Source: Desulfobacterales bacterium (GTDB lineage Bacteria; Desulfobacterota; Desulfobacteria; Desulfobacterales; UBA11574). Taken from it: DNA of 60,387 nt. Below the pieces are notes generated by a model. The model was not told the origin of the DNA. It saw only the letters and a program-made list of their open reading frames with translations, and did no database searches. The position numbers and the translations under genes were made by a program. Below, piece after piece: positions 39,247 through 47,086 of this stretch. The stretch covers positions 1-60,387 of the forward strand of contig DATKWE010000107.1 in the NCBI GenBank assembly GCA_035529735.1, given 5' to 3'. The first letter of the stretch is position 1, and each line of letters starts with the position of its first letter.

Positions 39247-39777
39247 TCACTTGAGGGTGTAGTTCTGGAGAAAAAAATCCAACTGGGATATCTGGTGTGG
39301 GGTCAATTCCTCAAACTGCAAACCTTGTTGCTTACTTTTTAAGAGGTTTGATGAGGGCTTCCTGACTGCCTGGGAAACCCAAACAGTATTAGCAGGGACC
39401 TTCTTCAAATAAAAACCATCTTGAACAAATAATATATCCAAATCAAACAATTTGTTATATTCGTCTTCGCCATCAATATAACAATAAACAAGCCCACCTT
39501 TGCTGATGTTAATGATTTGACCCATTTGGATAGTAGCAATGGAACCCTCATTCATGGGCATATCCGGAGCCTGTTCCTCATTTTCAGACGATGTTTTGAT
39601 CATTGCAGCAACTGCACCGCGTTTAACTTTGAATCGATGATGCTTCCTGCGCTCAATGAATTCTTTTCTGTTGTCCATAGCAGAATATTCTGATGTTGAA
39701 AAAACATCATTCGGCAATCTCATAGTATTTGATAGAAGGTTTGCGGAATCGCCCATAAATTTTATATTTTCCATCAT
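39247..39777 (-). CDS. PilZ domain protein
   Basis: 176 aa with RRKHHR and NISKGG motifs plus N- and C-terminal extensions. Confidence 0.75.
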   Translation of the reverse strand: MMENIKFMGDSANLLSNTMRLPNDVFSTSEYSAMDNRKEFIERRKHHRFKVKRGAVAAMIKTSSENEEQAPDMPMNEGSIATIQMGQIINISKGGLVYCYIDGEDEYNKLFDLDILFVQDGFYLKKVPANTVWVSQAVRKPSSNLLKSKQQGLQFEELTPHQISQLDFFLQNYTLK

Positions 39778-40044
39778 GGTACAGTCTCCTGGATGTCAAT
39801 CCTGTAAATTAATACATTGGACCAACAAGTTATCTCCGGTTCATAGCGTTGTCAGCGCTTTTTGGCAAAATACTCAAAAATTACTCAGGGGGAAGTTTTG
39901 AATAAAAACTCTAATACAATTTTCATGCCAGATGGAGCATTTTTTGTTTCGATTTTCTGAAATACGTTACGCCTTAATTTCACAGGGAATTATACGACTT
40001 TATTGAATGGATGTGGAATGTTGTCGGGAAGACGGGGAACAAAA

Positions 40045-40085
40045 ATGCACAGAAAAATGTGCACTATGCACAGTTTTCTGTGCAT
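40045..40085. promoter_or_regulatory. 41-bp nested palindrome carrying four TGCACA/TGTGCA hexamers
   Basis: ATGCACAGAAAA...TTTTCTGTGCAT forms perfect 12-bp arms enclosing TGTGCA-cta-TGCACA. Lies in the divergent intergenic region between the PilZ and YkgJ-like genes. Confidence 0.5.
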
Positions 40086-40210
40086 AGTGATTCGGATGTA
40101 TCGGTTAGGGTAAACTTAGATTTAAACCCGTGTGGGGTCGTCTTCGTCCATTGGCAAATGAATAAAACAATGATAATAGGTAATCGTATTTGAACGGCAG
40201 CAGCGAGCGC

Positions 40211-40232
40211 CTCCCCGCAGCTTGATGGGGGA
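40211..40232. repeat. REP-like hairpin CTCCCCGCAGCTTGATGGGGGA
   Basis: Shares CCCCGCAGCTTG with 39151. Confidence 0.5.
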
Positions 40233-40322
40233 AAGACAAGCAAATATTAAAATGGATAAAATTTCTTACCGTCGCTGCGAAGCACGGCCAAGGGGGGAAT
40301 CCGTGGATTAATTCTCGAAAAT

Positions 40323-40994
40323 ATGTTTCGAGCTGAACACCTTAAAAAAAATATGAATTCATATCAGATAGAGCAGGCAGAAGCACTGGATATGGTCTGT
40401 CGTTACCTTGGGACGATTTCCGATCAGGAGCGGTTGGCGCTGTTGTCACAAATTTCTGATTATCTGCTGTTCCGGGACGCGGTGGACGCATTTCTTCGTG
40501 AGCACTTTGAAAACACATGCACCCAAAAGTGTTATCAGAGCAAGGGCAGTGCCTGTTGTTCGCGTGAAGGCATCATTACATTTTTCGGAGATGTTGTGAT
40601 CAACGTACTGGTATCTGGCGAAGCGGAGATCAAAGGTTTGGCGACGGTGCTCCAAACACCCAACACCGGATTTAAATGCATCTACCTGGGCGGGCAAGGC
40701 TGTATGTGGCGGATTAAGCCGATTGTTTGCGGGATGTTTCTCTGCGAGCAGGCAAAGAAAGAAGTGTTCGGATTAAAACCTTGGGCCGATAAATTATGGC
40801 AGGAATTGAAGCGGCGGGAGAAATTGTACCGGTGGCCTGACCGACCGGTCCTTTTTGATGGTCTTGAACGTTATTTTATGGACACGGGATATTCCTCTCC
40901 CCTTATGTACCTGCATAACAGCCCGGGGCTGTTACGAGTAAAACAACAAAAAAAGAAAGATAAAAGTAATTTTTCAGAAAAAACAAAAAGATAG
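40323..40994 (+). CDS. YkgJ-family (CxxCxxCC-type) cysteine-cluster protein
   Basis: 223 aa with CTQKC..GSACC and KCIYLGGQGCMWRIKPIVCGMFLC, resembling the zinc/iron-chelating YkgJ signature. The start could instead be the M at 40353. Confidence 0.65.
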   Translation: MFRAEHLKKNMNSYQIEQAEALDMVCRYLGTISDQERLALLSQISDYLLFRDAVDAFLREHFENTCTQKCYQSKGSACCSREGIITFFGDVVINVLVSGEAEIKGLATVLQTPNTGFKCIYLGGQGCMWRIKPIVCGMFLCEQAKKEVFGLKPWADKLWQELKRREKLYRWPDRPVLFDGLERYFMDTGYSSPLMYLHNSPGLLRVKQQKKKDKSNFSEKTKR

Positions 40995-41184
40995 GATTTA
41001 TTTTCAGGATTCAATAAATGAAGTAACGACAGTGAAAAAGCTGTAAATAGAGAGATGTCTTCTACAATTTGATGACGAATAAGGTCAAATCCATTTCACG
41101 GGGTTTGCTTTTTTACTTGTTGCTGGAAATTGTGCGATATGTTTATTATCATGGCTGCTCAAAAATACTTTCGGCATTTTAAAA

Positions 41185-42618
41185 TCATATCGCCGGGCGG
41201 TTTTTTGTCCTAAAGTTTTCTTTCTGCAACCCCAGCCGTTTCATCTTGTTATATAACGCCCGGGTATGGATCCCTGCAATCTTGGCTGCCAGGCCTACCC
41301 GCCCCATGGTTTCCTTCAGCACCATTTCAAGGTACAAACGCTCCGCCTGATCCACCACCTCTTGGCACACCTCCGGAAGTGTCTTATTCTTCCAAGATTC
41401 CATCACCATTTCATCAGGATTAACGAGTCCCTTTGATAATGGCGCAGGTTCATGAAAGATATAAGGTAAATCTTTCAGTGAAATTTTTTCGGTCTGGCAC
41501 AAAAGCATGGCCCGCTCAATCACGTTCATCAGTTCCCGAATATTACCGGGCCATGCATACTGGCATAGGGCTTTCATCGCTGCTTCTGTCACCTCTATGA
41601 CATCCTTGCCGATCTTTTGCTGGTAAAGTTCAATGAACCGATGGGTCATGGCGGGAATATCTTCTCTATGCTTCCGAAGCGGCGGAAGGGTAAGCATAAT
41701 CACGCTGAGGCGGTAATAAAGATCTTTACGAAAGTTTCCGTTTTCTACAAGATCTTCCAGGTTCTGATTGGTCGCTGCAATAACACGTATATCAACCCAG
41801 AGGGGCCGCTCGCTTCCCAGCGGCTGCACTTCATAATCTTGGAGAACGCGCAGTAGTTTGGCTTGAAGGTGAAGGGGCATTTCGCCGATTTCGTCCAAAA
41901 AAATGGTGCCGTCATGGGCCATTTCAAAAGCCCCCCGTCGGGATCGGATAGCACCGGTAAACGCTCCCTGCTCATGTCCGAAAAGCTCGCTTTCCAGAAG
42001 ATGTTCGGGCAACGCTACCGTGTTTACGGCGACAAACGGCCCGGCGGATCGAGGACTTTCAGAATGAATGGCCTTGGCCAGGTGCTCTTTGCCGACGCCG
42101 GTTTCTCCCAAGAGCAGCAGCGGAGAATTGCTGGGAATGATTTTCCAGACCTCTTCCATAAAGATCTGCATGGACTTGCTTTCTGAAGTAAAATCAATGA
42201 TTTTTGGAGATGTATGGCCTCTTGCATTCAAGCGGTTTTTCTGAACGAACTGGCGTCGGGATTCCACGGTGGATTCGATAGCCTCAATCAAGCTCTTTCT
42301 GGATATGCCGCTATACAGCACCACATCCGCGCCGGCGGCCACCAGTTTGGCGTGCTCCTCGGATGAATCACTGTCATGAAGGACAACCGTGGTCGGCGTT
42401 TCGGGTAGTTCATTGAGCATTGAAATGCTGTATTCGGTTTTGGGAGGAATGAGTGATTCACTGATGACAATGATATCACCGCAGCTACGGATCACATTCT
42501 GCCATGAAGTCTTCACGTGACTGTAGTTTTCGACTCGAATGTCGGCCTCTTGAAAACGCCCTTCCACGTATGTTTGCAGGCTTTTGTTCCTGATCGCCAA
42601 AACCAACCGAATCAGCAT
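41185..42618 (-). CDS. sigma-54-dependent transcriptional activator (NtrC-type, atypical receiver)
   Basis: 477 aa with AAA+ Walker A GETGVGKE, GAFTGA, ESELFGHE and a C-terminal Fis-type HTH. The N-terminal CheY-like domain lacks the acidic DD pair (LAIRN). Confidence 0.93.
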   Translation of the reverse strand: MLIRLVLAIRNKSLQTYVEGRFQEADIRVENYSHVKTSWQNVIRSCGDIIVISESLIPPKTEYSISMLNELPETPTTVVLHDSDSSEEHAKLVAAGADVVLYSGISRKSLIEAIESTVESRRQFVQKNRLNARGHTSPKIIDFTSESKSMQIFMEEVWKIIPSNSPLLLLGETGVGKEHLAKAIHSESPRSAGPFVAVNTVALPEHLLESELFGHEQGAFTGAIRSRRGAFEMAHDGTIFLDEIGEMPLHLQAKLLRVLQDYEVQPLGSERPLWVDIRVIAATNQNLEDLVENGNFRKDLYYRLSVIMLTLPPLRKHREDIPAMTHRFIELYQQKIGKDVIEVTEAAMKALCQYAWPGNIRELMNVIERAMLLCQTEKISLKDLPYIFHEPAPLSKGLVNPDEMVMESWKNKTLPEVCQEVVDQAERLYLEMVLKETMGRVGLAAKIAGIHTRALYNKMKRLGLQKENFRTKNRPAI

Positions 42619-42827
42619 GGGGTCGATCTCCTAATAAAAGAATTCAAATACCGATTTTTAATCCTTCATATGATATTGGGTCACGGTTTTCAAGTATATT
42701 CTTTAATATTTTAATTTATTAATAAAACCGTTTAGTTGGATTGTTTTTCAGCATGTCAAAAGACATTTTTGGGGCAAACAGGCATCATCGAAGAATGATT
42801 TAAGGGAATTATGCCGGCCAATATTTC

Positions 42828-42900
42828 AGCATATTAATGCTTATAATTGTTTTTTGAGAATAATATTGCTCATTTTTATTAAAATCGGCATATTAATGCC
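42828..42900. promoter_or_regulatory. two 14-bp dyads AGCATATTAATGCT and GGCATATTAATGCC, candidate enhancer (UAS) sites
   Basis: An identical 12-mer GCATATTAATGC occurs at 42829 and 42888, 59 bp apart centre to centre, 93-152 bp upstream of the -24 element. Confidence 0.45.
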
Positions 42901-42984
42901 TAATTTTATGGGCCGTTTAAGATTTCTGTCGAAAAACTTATAAATTAATCAATAATTACTATCCGTTATCCGCATTTGTGGTGT

Positions 42985-43000
42985 TGGCATAAAATATGCT
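42985..43000 (+). promoter_or_regulatory. sigma-54 promoter TGGCATaaaataTGCT (-24 GG / -12 GC)
   Basis: GG at 42986-87 and GC at 42998-99 have the exact consensus spacing (GG-N10-GC). Lies about 100 nt upstream of the 43101 ATG and divergent from the activator gene. Confidence 0.7.
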
Positions 43001-43100
43001 TGAGCATTATCGATTTTGATGTCGAAAAAAATCCGCGTTTGGGTCGATTACGAACTTAACATGGTAAGAAAAAAATTAGAATAAAAGGAGAAATCTTTTA

Positions 43101-43526
43101 ATGAATCAAGTTGTGATGATAAAAAATCCTTTAGAATCAGAGTCCATTGAGCAGGTGTTGGCGCCGGATCTTCAGCCGTTCTGGGGGATCGCTTCTGCCA
43201 TCGATATTTACAACTGCGACCCGGATAAAATCCGGGACGATAAAACCATTCGCAGATTCGTGGTCGAGTTGTGTCATTTCATCGAAATGAAACGTTTCGG
43301 GGAGACCCAGGTCGTCCACTTCGGTGAAGACGAACGCGTAGCAGGCTATTCGATGGTTCAGCTGATCGAAACTTCTCTAATTTCCGCCCATTTTGCCAAT
43401 CTCACCGATACAACCTATCTGGATGTATTCAGCTGCAAGGCTTATGATCCGGAAAAGGTCCGGAGTTTTGCCCAAGACTTTTTCGGCGGAAGCCACAGCA
43501 TTCTAAACGTAACCTTGAGGCGGTAA
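43101..43526 (+). CDS. S-adenosylmethionine decarboxylase-like (SpeH/SpeD-fold, pyruvoyl-type) protein
   Basis: 141 aa. By-eye alignment to class-1 AdoMetDC: GYSMVQLIETSLISAHF...DVFSCKAYDP versus the ..ISESHLTIHTWPE..FTCG pattern. AGGAG RBS upstream. Confidence 0.75.
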   Translation: MNQVVMIKNPLESESIEQVLAPDLQPFWGIASAIDIYNCDPDKIRDDKTIRRFVVELCHFIEMKRFGETQVVHFGEDERVAGYSMVQLIETSLISAHFANLTDTTYLDVFSCKAYDPEKVRSFAQDFFGGSHSILNVTLRR

Positions 43527-43527
43527 T

Positions 43528-44496
43528 ATGGATACGGTGCGCGTATTTCAAGATCCTGATGTTTGCCGTGAGCTCTGGGAACGATTTTGGCCAAAGGCGT
43601 GTATTTTCGATCTGTGGCCGGTTAGAGCCTGTTTTATGAAACACTACCAGCGCCCGCCTTTTTTTATGTTGGCGGACGGAGGTCACTGGGAATCTCGTCT
43701 TTTGGCCCTCTCCTGGATCGAAGAGGAAGGGGTCTTCGGACACTTCCCGGGAGAAACATGGCAGGGAAAAACTTGGCTCGAGCAGAATAAAATCACCGGG
43801 ACCGGAAGACAATCCCTTCAAACCCTGGTGGACAACTTGCCGGAAAAATGTTTCATTCGTTATATCGACGGTGATTTTCTTCCCGCTTGGGATACCACTG
43901 TTTCCATAGATGAGATCGGATACCTCTTTTTTCCGAAACAGCATAACTTTTCATTTGAAAACTACAAGAACGTGTTTCCAAGAAAATCCCGCAAGAAGAT
44001 CGATCGGGAAATAAATCAACTTCATGCTCAAAAAGTCGAATTTCGTCACAACCATATGGCCGATATAAACCGGATGTTTGAGATGAACCTTTCGGCTTTC
44101 GGAGAAACGTCATACTTCCATGACCGCCGGTTTTTCAATGCTTTTGTCGATCTTATCACCTTGCTGGATCAAAAGAATCTTCTTCGGGTGACGTCGGTAA
44201 TCATCGGCGGCCGCTTGGCTGCCGTGGATGTGGGCGCCCTATGGAAAAACACCTATACGGTCATGGCCGGCGGTACAGATCCCGACTTTCCCGGCGTTGC
44301 CAAACTGATCAATTTTCATCATATCGAATGGGCATGTCGCCAGCGCCTGGCAGTCGTAGATTTTCTCTGTGGCGATTTCAACTGGAAGACGAAATTCCGT
44401 TTGCACCCGCGTCCCTTATATAAGATGTGCTCACCGGAAGTTGATGCCGCAGCCGAATTTCATGCCAAAGAGAGGATGCTGGGCTGTGCCGTCTGA
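43528..44496 (+). CDS. FemAB/CelD-like GNAT-fold acyltransferase (Acetyltransf_6-type)
   Basis: 322 aa. The C-terminal half (IIGGRLAAVDVGALWKNTYTVMAGGTDPDF..VAKLINFHHIEWACRQRLAVVDFLCGDFNWKTKF) matches the BioF2-like/CelD acetyltransferase pattern. 1-nt gap after the upstream stop. Confidence 0.7.
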   Translation: MDTVRVFQDPDVCRELWERFWPKACIFDLWPVRACFMKHYQRPPFFMLADGGHWESRLLALSWIEEEGVFGHFPGETWQGKTWLEQNKITGTGRQSLQTLVDNLPEKCFIRYIDGDFLPAWDTTVSIDEIGYLFFPKQHNFSFENYKNVFPRKSRKKIDREINQLHAQKVEFRHNHMADINRMFEMNLSAFGETSYFHDRRFFNAFVDLITLLDQKNLLRVTSVIIGGRLAAVDVGALWKNTYTVMAGGTDPDFPGVAKLINFHHIEWACRQRLAVVDFLCGDFNWKTKFRLHPRPLYKMCSPEVDAAAEFHAKERMLGCAV

Positions 44497-45757
44497 GACT
44501 CGTTTGATAGTGGTGGGCACGACCCCTGACTATATTGACTGGATCCGGCGGACATGTCCGCAAAGAGCCCTTTTCATCACGGACCCAACCGTTCGATCCA
44601 ATGCAAGGGAGCCTGCCCCCGCAAATCATGAGGAGGTCCAATGCGAACTGGCCGATAGCGAACAGGTCCGGAAGGCGGTGACACGTCACTTGCAACATTG
44701 GGGGATACGGGTGAACGGCGTCGCCTGCTTTGATTGCGAATCAATGGCCTTGGCTGCTTTGCTTGCTCAGGATTTTTCCGCAACTTTTCCGTCTCCATCC
44801 GCCGTAAACAACTGCCGGGACAAGCTCATTTCAAAAATCCTCTGGCAGCAGAACGGAATCCGTTGCCCTCGAATCGCGCCGGTCCGGCACGTGGAAGATG
44901 CGACAGCTTTTCTTTCAACCCTGGGGGGGGATTGCGTTCTCAAGCCGCTTTCCGGCAGTGGCAGCGAACTGGTTTTTCACTGCAGAACCGAACAAGAATG
45001 TCGCCGGGCATTCACCGTCATTCAAGACGGTCTGCAACAGCGAAAAAATAACCGCCTCTACAGCGGGGTTTCCGGAGATTCGCCCCCAATAATTGTCGAA
45101 GAGTTCGTCGATGCTCCTGAGTTTAGCTGTGATTTTTTGATGGATGATGATGAGGTTACCCTTATCCGCCTGGCGCGAAAAATCCCTTCATCTGACGGAC
45201 CGTTCGGCACCACCATGGGGTATGTGCTTGTCGACACCCTGCCTCAAGGAATCGATCTTGGAAGATTTTGTCGATATCTGGCCCAGGGAGCCGGGGCTCT
45301 TGGAATCGACAGATCCATCTGTATGGCCGATTTTATGGTGCACAGCGGGGAAATTATTCTCCTTGAAATTGCCCCCCGACCGGGAGGTGACTGTCTTCCG
45401 GCGCTGATCCGCAGCGCACTTCAATTGGATATCCTCGCCCTGACCCTTGACGTGGCCCAGAAGCGCCCGCTGCGCATCGGCCCGTTTCGGCCGTCCCAGC
45501 CCTTTGTGGGTTTGCGTATCCATGCCCGACAGGGCGGTATTTTCAGACGCATCAACTGTGAGGCTGTGAAAGGGAACCCGCGGATAAAAGAAATCAATGT
45601 CGTGCGGCACCCCGGTGATATCATCCGCATGCCTCCCGAAGATTACGATTCTTTCCTTCTGGGAAACATCATTTTCACTCCCGAAAACGGGATGGATCTC
45701 AGGAGCGAGTGCAGCCGGATCTTGGACGGCCTGGCCGTGGAGATTGAATCACCATGA
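44486..45757 (+). CDS. ATP-grasp domain ligase
   Basis: Pre-ATP-grasp Rossmann start RLIVVGTTPDY, then CVLKPLSGSGSELVF, IVEEFV and ILLEIAPRPGGD motifs. The start is GTG at 44486 (GAGG 10 nt upstream) or ATG at 44462. The listed 44369 start overlaps the upstream gene by 128 nt. Confidence 0.83.
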   Translation: MPSETRLIVVGTTPDYIDWIRRTCPQRALFITDPTVRSNAREPAPANHEEVQCELADSEQVRKAVTRHLQHWGIRVNGVACFDCESMALAALLAQDFSATFPSPSAVNNCRDKLISKILWQQNGIRCPRIAPVRHVEDATAFLSTLGGDCVLKPLSGSGSELVFHCRTEQECRRAFTVIQDGLQQRKNNRLYSGVSGDSPPIIVEEFVDAPEFSCDFLMDDDEVTLIRLARKIPSSDGPFGTTMGYVLVDTLPQGIDLGRFCRYLAQGAGALGIDRSICMADFMVHSGEIILLEIAPRPGGDCLPALIRSALQLDILALTLDVAQKRPLRIGPFRPSQPFVGLRIHARQGGIFRRINCEAVKGNPRIKEINVVRHPGDIIRMPPEDYDSFLLGNIIFTPENGMDLRSECSRILDGLAVEIESP

Positions 45758-47052
45758 CTCACGTAACACCACAAAACGATGACACATCCATGCCTTCTGA
45801 AGAGATGCCGCTCCTTCCGCCCGATGAACTGATTCCCTTTGTCGAGTATTATTTCAGTCGTCGGGAAGCCTATCTACAACAGCTCAGGAATCACACCGCT
45901 TTCTTATACGTATTAGAGCCAAACGTATTGATTCGGCGGGCCGATCAGTTTCAGAAAGCGTTTCGCCGCGTGCTGCCCGACTCGGCCTTCTATTATGCCG
46001 TCAAAAGCAACAATCATCCCGAAGTCGCTCGAACCCTTCTGAAATCAGGATTCGGACTGGATGTGTCCAGCGGTTTGGAGTTGCAGATGGCCCTCGATCT
46101 TAACGCCCGAGAGATTGTTTTCAGCGGACCCGGTAAAACGCCCGAGGAGCTGGAGTTGGCTGCACGAAACAGCAGCCGGGTGACAGTACTTCTGGACAGT
46201 TTCAACGAACTGCATCGATTGGAAAAGGTTGCCGCATCCATAAAAACAAAGGTGCGCGCCGGTGTGCGACTGACCACCAATCCCAACGGCTTGTGGCGAA
46301 AGTTCGGAGTACCGCCGGATCAATTCCTCGAATTCTGGCGAATTGCTCGGACATGCCCCCATGTATCTCTAAAAGGAATTCAGTTTCATACCAGCTGGAA
46401 TCTAACGGCGACGTCCCAAACGGATTACATCGGCTTTTTGGGCAAGTTGCTGTCCGGGATGCCGGATAAACTTAACGAGAACCTGACATTTATCGACGTT
46501 GGCGGCGGGTACTGGCCGAAGCAAGGCGAATGGCTTCATCCCCCAGCAGGGCCACAAGAGATGCTTCAGAAGATGGGGCACCGTACCCCCGATGTATCAA
46601 AGGCTCACTACCGATGTCCCGCCGAACCCATTGAAGTTTTTGCTCAAAAAATCGGCCAGGCGATACAACGCCATATCTTTCCCTTGACGGCGTGCAGAAT
46701 TTTCTTTGAACCCGGCCGCTGGATCTGCAACGATTCAATGCACCTGCTAATGACCGTAGTCGACCAAAAGGGAACGGATCTGGTCATCACGGATGCCGGC
46801 ACGAACGCCATCGGCTGGGAACGTTTTGAAACCGATTATTTTCCCGTCCTGAATTTGACGCGGCCGGCCGTGACAGAAAAGCCCTGCTACATTCTCGGCT
46901 CTTTGTGCACCCCTCATGACGTATGGGGATTCAGCTATTTCGGCCAAGACATACGCGTTGGCGACGTGCTCATGATTCCGACCCAGGGCGCGTATACTTA
47001 CAGCCTTCGGCAGAATTTCATTAAACCTATCCCCAAGGTCGTGATCCTGTAG
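45754..47052 (+). CDS. type-III-fold PLP-dependent decarboxylase (Orn/DAP/Arg decarboxylase family 2)
   Basis: 432 aa with FYYAVKSNNHPEV (PLP lysine), DVGGGY, EPGRW and GSLCTPHDVWG motifs. ATGA start/stop overlap with the ATP-grasp gene. Confidence 0.9.
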   Translation: MTHVTPQNDDTSMPSEEMPLLPPDELIPFVEYYFSRREAYLQQLRNHTAFLYVLEPNVLIRRADQFQKAFRRVLPDSAFYYAVKSNNHPEVARTLLKSGFGLDVSSGLELQMALDLNAREIVFSGPGKTPEELELAARNSSRVTVLLDSFNELHRLEKVAASIKTKVRAGVRLTTNPNGLWRKFGVPPDQFLEFWRIARTCPHVSLKGIQFHTSWNLTATSQTDYIGFLGKLLSGMPDKLNENLTFIDVGGGYWPKQGEWLHPPAGPQEMLQKMGHRTPDVSKAHYRCPAEPIEVFAQKIGQAIQRHIFPLTACRIFFEPGRWICNDSMHLLMTVVDQKGTDLVITDAGTNAIGWERFETDYFPVLNLTRPAVTEKPCYILGSLCTPHDVWGFSYFGQDIRVGDVLMIPTQGAYTYSLRQNFIKPIPKVVIL

Positions 47053-47086
47053 ACGGCACGCCGCGGGGTAACACGGAGTGCCCCGA

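Noticed and set aside
40011-40193. 60-aa ORF over the TGCACA palindrome
   Set aside because: The reading frame is generated by the palindrome itself. There is no RBS and the composition is implausible.
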